DNA from: Heterodontus francisci
Taxonomy: Eukaryota
DNA length: 46,601 bases
Assembly (NCBI RefSeq): GCF_036365525.1
Contig: NC_090407.1
Coordinates: 31,320,444-31,367,044 of the forward strand
Direction: 5' to 3'
In this document: in pieces, positions 35,691 to 46,601 of the stretch
How the letters are laid out: each line of letters opens with the position of its first letter
How positions within the stretch are numbered: the stretch's first letter is position 1
Notes under the pieces: generated by a model
What the model was told of the DNA's origin: nothing
Database searches by the model: none
Seen by the model: only the letters and a program-made list of their open reading frames with translations
Position numbers and translations under genes: made by a program

Positions 35691-37151
35691 TGGTTCCAGT
35701 TGTTCATTCCCAGATGCTTTGGGGTTTAATATGTCAGGGTATGGTTTAGCAGACTATACTGCTCAGCTTCGGCAGAGATACAGGATGTGGGTTTCATGCC
35801 CATTGACTTATTTTTGCCGCCACATTGTGAAACGAGACAGCCAAGTTAGTTTTGGGATAGAAAGTGGGTCAATAGGCTAGGATGGTAACAAGGTGACAGT
35901 TGGTGTTTCGTGGAAACTATGTCATTTCTTGCGTCTTGGTCACAATACTTGTTATCAGGATCTAATGAATCATCTCGGACAGTCTGTGCGACGAGTGACC
36001 TGTAAAGATCTTGAGCTTTTCTACCCAATTTGTAGAGCGAGGCAGCATCGACAAAGGTTACGTCTTTAACCAGGGAAAAACGGGGTAATTGCTTTAATTT
36101 CTCGGTGTGTTTACTGGTTAAAGAAATTGCTTGTGTTTGGACTCAGTCAAACACAATAAAAGGATAACATTTCAACCATTTTTGACTTGTCAGACTTGAA
36201 TTTTCAAACATCTTATAACCTTAATAATTAACATCTCAATATCATTGTTACATTGGGGTGTACAGGACCATAAAAGATCAGGTGCATCCACCAATTCCAA
36301 AGGTTGAATATAACAAGGACTAGTCGATCTCATACCTCTCAATCCCTTTCTCTGCCATATATCTATCTGCTTCCCTCCTGAATCAGCCTCCTGGTCAGTC
36401 TGTTTTATATACCCAGCACCCTCAATGTGAGATAGTTCAATACAAATTGTTTTTCATCTTCCTTCTTCTGAATTTCAGAGTTGGCTTCCAGTTTGTGATT
36501 ATGTCAATTTATTAGGGTTCAATTTACCTAGAAACATGAGAAAGAGAGGCAAATGGAAAAGAAATGACTGATTTTAAAATCTGGTGCTTAAAAACAGGAC
36601 GGCCTGCTCTAAACCAGATGAGTGGGAAGCCTACTCCCAGTGACTGGTCAAGAGTATCACAGCGAGAGGCCTAGTAAATAGTCAACTATCAACCTTCAGT
36701 TAGACCACAGGGGAGGAGAGACGTGAAAGATTCTGGAGCAAATAGATGGACTAATCAAGGGCACTCATTTATTTGCCTGTGTTTTTTTCCCCTAAGCTTG
36801 CGTGTGTAGATCCCATGTACTTTTTAAAAAGAGATTTATTGTGCTGTTCTGGTAGGGGTGTTACAATTGGTGCCCCTAGCTCAGAGTGTGAAGAGATGAT
36901 CAGCCAGAGTTCTTGGTCCTGAACACTGTCCAGTGACAGCTGTCGGAAAGATATGTCTGGACATCAGGTGAGGACTTGGTGCTGATGCCTCACATACTGG
37001 ATTCTCCACTGACACTCACTGCCTAATCTTGCACATGAAGAATGACTACCTGGGTGAGGCACTGGAGAGCAACCAGTGCCCAGAAAAGCATACATGCCAG
37101 CTATTACCAAGAAAGAGAGAAGAAAAAGATCCCTGGAGAAACAGCCTATTT

Positions 37152-38035
37152 TAATGGGAGCAAACTGTAATGTCTTCTGAGATGTTCCCCTGAGTTGTAA
37201 AGCAGCAATGACACAGAGACCTGATCACCCCAGCACCTCTCAAGTTTCATCGTCCATTACATTATGATATTATGCCCAATAACCTAGTTCGGTGCAATGA
37301 TGCTGCAACGTATTATAATAATCTGTATCACAATATAATTAGACGTTATGTTTCCTGTTCCTAAACTCCCAGAGGGGAGCTGCCCTCAAAGGGATTAAAG
37401 CTCAGTAATGGGATTACAGCACTGTCAGGCCGATCAATGAATTTATCCGTTTTGCTTTTTAGATTATGTTGTTCTGGGGATGTGGGTGTCACTAGTGAGG
37501 TTGGCATTTATTGCCCGTTGCTAGGAGCCCTGAGAAGGTGATGGTGAGCCCTCTCCTTGAACTGCTGCAGTCCGTGATGTTAGGTCGAAAAATTCCAGAA
37601 TATCTACCCTGCGACAATGGAGAACGGTGAGCATGAAGGAATGACAACATATGTCCAAGTCAGGATGATGGGTGACTGGAGGACTTGCCAGCAATGCCCA
37701 CATCCCCAGAGCAAAATAATTTAAAAAAAGGAACGGATAATTCACTGATGGGCTTGGCACTACTGTAATCTGATCACTGAGCTGTGGTTCCTTCAAGGGC
37801 AGTTCCCTGCTGGGAGTTTAGGATTAGGAAACTTACCCTCAAATCATATTGTGATACAGATTATTATAATACGTTGGAGTATCATATTGTAATGAACTAG
37901 AATGTTGGATCATAATATCATAATGTAATAGGACCATGAAAGGCGAGAGGTGCTGGACAGATTGGGTCTCTGTGTCGTTGCTGCTGTTACACCTCAGAGA
38001 ATACATCAGGACACAGGTACAGTTTGTTCCCATTA
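37152..38035. repeat. Long diverged inverted repeat (arms ~37152-37500 and ~37680-38035)
   Basis: For example, caacgtattataataatctgtatcacaat versus attgtgatacagattattataatacgttg, and taatgggagcaaactgta versus tacagtttgttcccatta. Confidence 0.9.
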
Positions 38036-39316
38036 TTGGAGGTGATGGTGTTCCCATGATATTGCTCCTGTCGCTCTTACTTTATATTATTATATTATAT
38101 TTTCATGTATTTCACTATATTTATTACTGTATTATACTGATATCACACTATAATGTTACAGTCTGACATTATATTACTCTGTATTACGCACTCTGCTCCC
38201 TAAAACTCAAAGCTTCGTCACACATAATTCTCTAAACACTGGTCTTCCTTGTCATAGAATTACATAGAATTTACAGCACGGAAACAAGCAATTCGGCCCA
38301 ACTGGTCTGTGCTGGTGTTTATGCTCCACATGAGCCTCCTTCCTTCTAAGGCGAGTGAAAAGCAACCCTGCACTTTGCAACGGTAAGAGTATAAAACTGC
38401 TATGCTCAGGGTATTATAGTTACAACATTTAAAGAGAGGTGGAAAAAAAGTCAGGCCTGTAAAGTCATCTGAGGTGCCACACCACTGGCAGGACTCCAGA
38501 TTGATCTGCATTGCAGTGTTTAAACACAGTTCATGGTATAAATCCATGGTGTGACTCACATTAGATCACTGCTACATTTTCTATTTCTGGAGGCACTATA
38601 AGCATGTTGTAACCTTTCAGTAGAAAACCTTCAGCTTTTTATAACTAACTGGAAAATGTACAAGCACTGAACAGAAAGATAAATTGTACCTCATCTTAAA
38701 TCTCTGGACAAAGCATATTTTTGAGCCAATTCTATTGCTTCCTCACCTCTGTAACTAAAACCCAAGCTAACCATCACTAGATCATCACATCTTCACTCCT
38801 CTCCTCTCATATTCTTTCCAACCTTGGTGATGTCCTGTACTACAGGCCTCGGCCTTTACCTATCCTTCTCAATTTAAAGGAGACAGATTTCCCTTACTTT
38901 TAACTACATTCTTGTGTTGCGATTACACCATCTCTTGTATTCTGCTACTTACGGCCTCTTCCTGTGGAGATTCAGACCTGGTCTCTTAGTTAGCTGAAAC
39001 CTCAGTCAGTGCAACTGTCGCACGCAACAGCACTGAGCTGCACATGCTCTGTGCAACATCAATAACCTGGTGCTCAGCCCAGTCAGTGACCGTAATATAT
39101 GGAAAGAAAAGGCCAGCAGCATATAAACTGCACGGTGTGTGACGGTCTATTTCAGTGCCTGTTGCACATCCCTTGCACTTATTTTTTTTTATCGGGGAAC
39201 AACACTGCACAAGCCTAACACATTTCGTTACATTAGCTCACTGAAAGTGAGGTTTACACTAATTTGTCATTTTTAAGACTCGTACTTTTACAGATTATTC
39301 CGTTTATCTCCTTTTT

Positions 39317-42300
39317 AAAAATTCATTCATGGGATGTGGGCGTCGCTGGCTAAGCCAGCATTTATTGCCCGTCCCTAATTGCCTTTGGGAAGGTGGTGGT
39401 GAGCTGCCTTCTTGAACCGTTGCAGTCCATGTGGGATAGGTAGACCCACAGTGCTGTTAGGAAGAGAGTTCCAGGATTTTGACCAGCGACAGTAAAGGAA
39501 CGGCGATATAGTTCCAAGTCAGGATGGTGTGTGACTTGGACGGGAACTTGCAGGTGGTGGTGTTCCCATGCATCTGCTGCCCTTGTCCTTCAAGGTGGTA
39601 GAGGTCGCGGGTTTGGAATGTGCTGTCTAAGGAGCCTTGGTGCGTTGCTGCAGTGCATCTTGTAGATGGTACACACTGCTGCCACTGTATGTCGGTAGTG
39701 GAGGAAGTGAATGTTTGTGGATGGGCTGTCATCAAATGGGCTGCTTTGTCCTGGGTGGTGTCGAGCTTCTTGACTGTTGTTGGAGCTGCACCCATCCAGG
39801 CAAGTGGAGTGTATTCCATCACACTCCTGACTTGTGCCTTGTAGATAGTGGACAGGCTTTGGGGAGTCAGGAGGTGAGTTACTCACTGCAGGTTTCCTAG
39901 CCTCTGACCTGCTCTTGTAGCCACAGTATTTATATGGCTACTCCAGTTCAGTTTCTGGTCAATGGTAGCCCCTAGGATGTTGATAGTGGGGGATTCAGCG
40001 ATGGTAATGCCATTGAATGTCAAGGGGAGATGGTTAGATTCTCTCTTGTTGGAGATAATCATTGCCTGGCACTTGCGTGGCGCAAATGTTACTTGCCACT
40101 TATCAGCCCAACCCTGGGTATTGCCCAGGTCTTGCAGCGTTTCTACACAGACTGCTTCAGTATTTGAGGAGTTGCGAACATCCCCACTTCTGACCTTATG
40201 ATTGAAGAAAGGTCATTGATGAAGCAGCTGAAGATGGTTAGGCCTAGGACACTACCCTGAGGAACTCCTGCAGTGATGTCCTGGAGCTCAGATGATTGAC
40301 CTCCAACAACCACAACTTCCTTTGCGTTAGGTATGACTCTAACTAGCAGAGAGTTTTCCCCCTGATTCCCATTGACTCCAGTTTTGCTAGGGCTCCTAGA
40401 TGCCATACTCGGTCAAATGCTGCCTTGATGTCAAGGGCACTCACTCTCACCTCACCGCTTGAGTTCAGCTCTTTTGTCCATGTTTGAACCAAGGCTGTAA
40501 TGAGGTCAGGTGCTGAGTGGCCCTGGCGGAATCCAAACTGGGTATCACTGAGCAGGTTACTACTAAGCAAGTGCTGCTTGATGGCACTGTTGATGACACC
40601 TTCCATCACTTTACTGATGATTGAGAGCAGGCTGATGGGCAGTAATTGGCCGGGTTGGACTTGTCCTGCTTTTTGTGTACAGGACATATGTGGGCAATTT
40701 TCCACATTGCAGGGTAGATGCCAGTGTTGTAGCAGTACTGGAACAGCTTGGCTCGGGGTGCAGCTAGTTCTGGAGCACAGGTCTTCAGTACTATTGCCAG
40801 AATATTGTCAGGACCCATAGCCTTTGTAGTATCCAGTGCCTTCAGTCGTTTCTTGATATCACGCGGAGTGAATCGAATTGGCTGAAGTCTGGCATCTGTG
40901 ATGCTGGGGACTTCAGGAGGAGGCCGAGATGGATCATCAACTCAGCACTTCTGGCTGAAGATTGTTGCAAATGCTTCAGCCTTATCTTTTGCACTGATGT
41001 GCTGGGCTCCCCCATCATAAAGGATGGGGATATTTGTGGAGCCACCTCCTCCAATTAGTTATTTAATTGTCTACCACCATTCACGGCTGGATGTGGCAGG
41101 GCTGCAGAGCTTAGATCTGATCTGTTGGTTATGGGATCGTGTAGCTCTGTCTATCGCATGCTGCTTACGCAGTTTGGCATGCAGATAGTCCTGTGTTGTA
41201 GCTTCCCCAGGTTGACACCTCATTTTGAGGTATGCCTGGTGCTGCTGCTGGCATGCCCTCCTGCACTCTTCATTGAACCAGGGTTGGTCTCCTGGTTTGA
41301 TGGTAATGGTAGAGTGGGGGATATGCCGGGGCATGAGGTTACAGATTGTGGTTGAGTACAATTCTGCTGCTGCTGATGGCCCACAGCACCTCATGGATGC
41401 CCAGTTCTGCATTGCTAGTTCTGTTTGAAATCTATCCCATTTAGCACGGTGATAGTGCCACACAACACGATGGACGGTATCCTCAATGTGAAGGCGGGAC
41501 TTTGTCTCCACAAGGACTGTGCGGTGGTCACTCCTACCAATACAGTCATGGACAGAAGCATCTGCGACAGGCAGATTGGTGAGAACAAGGTCAAGTATGT
41601 TTTTCCCTCTTATTGGTTCTCTCACCACCTGCCGCAGACCCAGTCTAGCAGCTATGTTCTTTAGGACTCGGCCAGCTCGGTCAGTAGTGATGCTACCGAG
41701 CCACTCTTGCTGATGGACATTGAAGTCCCCCACCCAGAGTACATTTTGTGCCCTTGCCACCCTCAGTGCTTCCTCCAAGTGGTGTTCAACATGGAGGAGT
41801 ACTGACTCATCAGCTGAGGGAGGGCAGTAGGTGGTAACCAGTAGGAGGTTACCTTGCCCATGTTTGACCTGATGTCATGAGACTTCATGGGGTCCGGAGT
41901 CGATGTTGAGGTCTCCCAGGGCAACTCCCTCCTACTGTAGACCACTGTGCCACCACGTCTGCTGGGTCTGTCCTGCCGGTGGGACAGGATATACTCAGGG
42001 ATTGTGATTGCAGTGTCTGGGACATTGTCTGTAAGGTATGATTCTGTCTGTCTGACTATGTCAGGCTGTTGCTTGACTAGTCTGTGGGACAGGTCTCCCC
42101 AGATGTTAGTAAAGAGGACTTTGTAGAGTCGACAGGGACTGGGTTTGCCGTTGTCGTTTCCGGTGCCTACTTCGATGCCAGGTGGTCTGTCCAGTTTCAT
42201 TCCTTTTTACTGACTTCGTAGCGGTTAGGTACAACTGAGTGGCTTGCTAGGCCATTTCAGAGGGCATGTAAGAGTTAACCACATTGCTGTGTGTCTGGAG

Positions 42301-42512
42301 TCACATGTCGGCCAGACCAGGTAAGGACAGCAGATTTCCTTGAACCAGATGGGTTTTTACAACAATCGACAATGGTTTCATAGCTTTAATTCCATATTTA
42401 TTAATTAAATTCAAATTCCACCTTCTGCTGTGGTGGGATTCGAACCCATGTTTCTAGATCCCGGGTCTTTGGGTTACTAGTCCAGTGATAACACCACTAC
42501 GCCACCGCCTCC
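39317..42512 (-). mobile_element. Near full-length CR1-group LINE with a tRNA-derived 5' head and a single (now broken) EN-RT ORF
   Basis: A box 42504-42494, B box 42446-42436, ATG at 42200. APE endonuclease motifs: TESYL, GGTVVY, VGDFNVH, LDLVLTN, SDH. RT motifs: GPDNI, QFGFR, LDIKAAFDRVWH, GVPQGSVLG, YKAQVRSVMEY. 3' tail ...catcccatgaatgaat. Confidence 0.92.
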
Positions 42513-43989
42513 TGCAAAGGTTTTCTTGACTTTGTTTAATTGGGTATTCAGATAAGTTGTTCTCCCAGGCTTTTTATTTTGTTTTTGTGTGAATCTTGTG
42601 CTCATGAAGCAGGGAGGCTGTAAATGGAGTAATTCCCATTTCAGATACTCTAGGGAAATCTTCTGACTGGTGGGATTGGCTTTGGCTCATAGTCTTCCAG
42701 CAAGGAAGGCTACAGCGGCAGCTCTGCCTGAGGCTACCGGGGAGCTGTAAAGGGAGGAAAAGGAAGGAGAGGTTGAAGAGGAGAGAAAAGAAACAGATAG
42801 ATTGTCATGCGTATACTGCATTGACATTGACTTTATTTTCACAGTGATGCACGTTGGGCTGTGATTTGCCCACTGGCTCATATTGTGAAGTTGAAAGTGC
42901 TGTTACACGAGAGCATTCGAACTATAATCATAGAGCTGGCATGAAGCAAAACCACGCTGCACTGATGCCACGGTTATTGTGTAAATACAGCCTGAATATG
43001 GAGTCAGGGCTCAGTCCAACACTGGAAGAAAACTGAGTGAGGTTTCCCCGAGGTAGAGCTTTGAGCCTTAAACACTGATTCACTCTCCACTCTCAGCTTC
43101 ACGCTGGTGCTAAACTTGGATCCACCTCTTGTGCTCCTGATGCTTCCCTGGGGTGGGGAGTGTATATATTGTGAGGCACAAGGCATCACAGTTGTCTGGG
43201 ACAGGCTGGACGGACCAGAGAGACTTTTCCTGCCCCTCATTGTTCATAATAAAATGTGCTACAGTTGAGGATCTCCACCTGGCCTGTTGTGGACCAGATG
43301 ATCCATTTTGTGAGCGAGTTGGGACACCAGGAGAACTCACGGCTATTCTCCCATGGCCGCACTGGTCAGTGGGTGCCTCAGTTTAATGTCTCACCCTAAG
43401 GGTTATGAGCCTGAAGTTAAAAAGCTTGCAAATACTGGAGGCAGTGGATCAATTTTGTTTTTACTTGCCAGTACCTAATGTCATTTTATATCACCAAATG
43501 GAAACAACTCATGCTTTTATGTTATATTGTTGGCAAGCTATTTGACCACTGGAGGCATCACCGGCAAATTGGCTCCTGATATTCACAACAAGCAAACTTA
43601 CCAGCCCAAATCACTGGAGCGTCATTAGGAATGTGAATCCTGGTTGGCCCTTCTGCTCTAGTAGCCCACAGATGCTGAGGTTTACTGAAGTAGCCTCCAC
43701 ACATCCACACACTCTACCCCAACTTCCCTCCCCAACCTGGCCAGCAGGATCAGTCAGTTCAACAGAGGTCAGTTTTGAGCTTTGACCTTCCAGAAGTGTG
43801 TGTTTTGGTACTACACCAGGTTGTGTATTTACACAGTCATTGAGTCATGGGGGACCAATCAGATACCAGAAACAAAACAGAACCCGAGACTGAGGATTCG
43901 CTTTCTGAGCTGCAGTAAGCATTCAGCCCAGAAGGTGGAGCTGCACACCAGGAAATGTTCATAATTCTATTCAAGTTAATGAAAAAAAT

Positions 43990-44632
43990 ACTTAGATTTA
44001 TATTGAGCCTTTCATGATCTCAATACATACCAAAGCACTTTACAGCCAAAAAAATACTTTTGATGTGTACTCACTGTTGTAATGTAGGAAATACAGCAGC
44101 TAATTTGTGCACAGCAAGCTCCCACAAACAGCAACATGATAATAACCAGATCATCTCTTTTAGGTGTTGGTTGAGGGATTAATATTGGGTAGGACACTGA
44201 GGAGAACTTCCCTGCTCTTCTTCAAATAGTATCATGGGATCTATTACATCCACCTGAGAGGGCAGGCAGGGCCTCAGTTTAATGTCTCATCTGAAGCAAG
44301 GCACCTCTTGGAATGAGTTCTTTATGTCGTCTGATGCAGCATAAATGAAATGTGTGGAATCTAGTTGGTTGAAGATCTCAAACAGGTTTATCACAGCTAA
44401 ACTATTATATACAGTACAGGACAAACTATTCATAGAACCTTACTCTGGGTGTTACAGTTGCAGAGTGACCCTGGCTTGTAGTCACATGACTGCATCCTGG
44501 TACTAAGGTCAATAGCACACCAAGATCTTAAAAGGATATCACTCTTAAAGGCAATCACACAACACCTCTGACAGTGCAGCAGCCCCTCAGTACTGCACTG
44601 CAAGTGTCAGCTTAGATTATGTGTTCATGTCT
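43990..44632 (-). mobile_element. Deu-domain SINE split by a solo-LTR-like insert
   Basis: 43990-44308 and 44565-44632 join into a copy collinear with 32335-32797. Confidence 0.85.
44309..44564. mobile_element. Solo LTR-like insertion, 256 bp, with 5-bp target-site duplication
   Basis: CCTCT(44304-44308) TG...CA CCTCT(44565-44569). Contains GTCACATGAC, like the LTR at 5406-5577. Confidence 0.75.
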
Positions 44633-44929
44633 CTGCTGAGGACATGATCACCAAGAGGAATAAGCTCCCTCTCCTGAATGTGTGTGGAATTACATACAAT
44701 CAATCTATTGGTGATGTTTGAAAACACAATGGGCTGAACTTTACCAAGCTCCTGACATCGGGCTCCGGGGTTGGGGGATGGTGCTGGAAAATGGTTCCGG
44801 TAGTGGTCCACCATGGAAGCCGATGCCAGGAGGACCAGGAGACTCCATGGCGTTCCCCCCGCTGCTGGGCGACAGGAACTCAATTATAATATTGAAATAA
44901 ATGGGGTGAATAATTTTAAATAAATTTAA

Positions 44930-46285
44930 CTTGGAGTGGGAGAGGGAGGATCCAGTTGTCGTGGTCCACGTGGGAACCAACGACATAGGTAGAACTAGGA
45001 ATGATACTCTGCTGAGAGAGTTCGAGGAGTTAAGGTCCAAATTAAAATGCAGAACATCAAAGGTAATCAACACTGAATTGTCACCTGGGCCATGCGCCAA
45101 TTGGCATAGGGTCAAACAGATTAGAGAATTAAACATGTGGTTCAAAGAGTGGTGTTGGGAAGAAGGGGTTTTGATTCATGGGGCACTGGCACCATTACGC
45201 AGGAAAGAGTGAGCTATTTCATTGGGATGGGCTCCACTTAAACTGGGCTGGGACCTGTGTCCTGGCCAATCGTATAAATAGGGCTGTGGACAGGACTTTA
45301 AACTAACAGAGTGAGGGGGTGGGTAGGGTTTGGGTTAAGGGGGATTTCGAAATCCAAAGAGAAAGGTCGAAGCATCGGAACAATATAATGTTGTGGGTAA
45401 AGACAAGCAGAATGGAACAGGAAGGACAGAGAGTTTAGCAAAATTTGTACATCAGCAAATAAGGTCATTGCAGGGGATAGAGGTAAAAAAATGAAATTAA
45501 AGCTTCTTTATCTGAATGCATGAGGAATCTGCAATAACGTAGATAATCTAATGGCACAAATAGAGGTAAATGATTTTGATCTAATCGCCATTACAGAGCC
45601 AGGGTGATCAAGGTTGTGAAATAAATATTCCAGGGTACACAATATTTTGGAGAGACAGACAGAATGGCAAAGGGGGAGGCGTAGCTGTATTAGTAAAGGA
45701 TGACAGAAGGACATTAGTGAGAAAGGATCTGGCCTCAGAAGATCATGAAGCAGAATCAGTATGGGTGGAAATTAGGAATAGCAAGAATCAGAAAACACTA
45801 GTGTGAGTGGTTTTTAGGTCCCCTAACAGTAGTTATACTGTTGGACAGAGCATTAAAGAAGAAATTATTGGAGCTTGTAACAAAGGCAGTGTAATAATTG
45901 TGGGGGACTTTAATCTTCACATAGACTGGGACAATGAAATTGGCAGGAGTGGTCTAGAAGATGAGTTTCCAGAATGTTTTTGTGACAGTTTCTTGGAGCA
46001 ATACATTGTGGAACTGACTAGGGATAAAGTTATCTTAGATCCAGTATTGTGCAATGAAGCAGGGTTAATTAGTAATGTCGGAGTAAAAGATCCATTGAGA
46101 AATAGTGATCATTATACAACTGAATTCCATATTTAGTTTGAAGGTGACATACTCCAATCGCAAACAAAAATCTTAAACTTAAACAAAGCCAATTATGTAG
46201 GTATGAGGTGAGAACTGGTTAAGGTTAATTGGCTAAATAGACTAAAAGGTATGGCGGTAAATGATCAGTCGGAAACGTTTAAAGA
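44930..46285 (+). mobile_element. Conventional CR1 LINE, 5' part: ORF1 esterase and ORF2 endonuclease, degenerate
   Basis: DPVVVVHVGTNDIGR (SGNH esterase of CR1 ORF1), then LYLNA, LIAITE, GGGVA, VGDFNLHIDW and SDH. Confidence 0.9.
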
Positions 46286-46601
46286 ACATACAAATTAGGA
46301 GAAGGAGTAGGCCACATGGCCCCTCGAGCCTGCTCCAGCATTCAACAAATTCATGGCTGAACTGATTATTCCACATTTCCACTTACCCCTAATAACCTTT
46401 CACCCCATTGCTTATCAAGAATCTATCTATCTCTGCCTTAAAAATATTCAAAGACTCTGCTTCCAGTGCCTTTTGTGGAAGAGAATTCCAAAGACTCATG
46501 ACCCTCTGAGAGAAAATGTTTCTCCTCATCTTTGTCTTAAATGGGCGACCCCTTATTTTTAAACAGTGACCCCTAGTTCTAGATTCTCCCACAAGGGGAA
46601 T
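46285..46601 (-). mobile_element. CR1 LINE 3' end, running off the window
   Basis: GESRTRGHCLKIRGRPFKTKMRRNIFSQRVMSLWNSLPQ. Confidence 0.9.

Noticed and set aside
35846-36028. Possible minus-strand exon (tttacag at ~36001)
   Set aside because: Weak pyrimidine tract, no convincing donor and no recognisable homology.

Overview
Eukaryotic (vertebrate, very probably shark/elasmobranch, judged from its SINE/LINE families) genomic DNA with two assembly gaps at the start. It holds two complete, convergently oriented FBA-family (glycan-binding F-box; FBXO2/FBXO6/FBXO44 group) genes, each with five coding exons that I spliced by hand at GT-AG sites: gene A on + (CDS 9369-17643, 250 aa, FBXO6/44-like) and gene B on - (CDS 33624-25486, 247 aa, more FBXO2-like). 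The rest is mostly transposon debris: a frameshifted Gypsy pol with 3' LTR, CR1 and L2 LINE fragments, Penelope fragments, V-SINE (HE1-type) and Deu-domain SINEs, a solo LTR, a MITE and an old inverted duplication. The most unusual object is a ~3.2-kb CR1-group LINE (42512-39317, -). It starts with a tRNA-derived Pol III promoter, has no ORF1, and by eye has no TTTT run on its sense strand until its 3' end. A matching SINE (9961-10352) is its head joined to its tail. This suggests a Pol III-transcribed, protein-coding retrotransposon with its non-autonomous partner. Most entries in the ORF track are spurious or TE fragments. TE boundaries are approximate and no database searches were possible.
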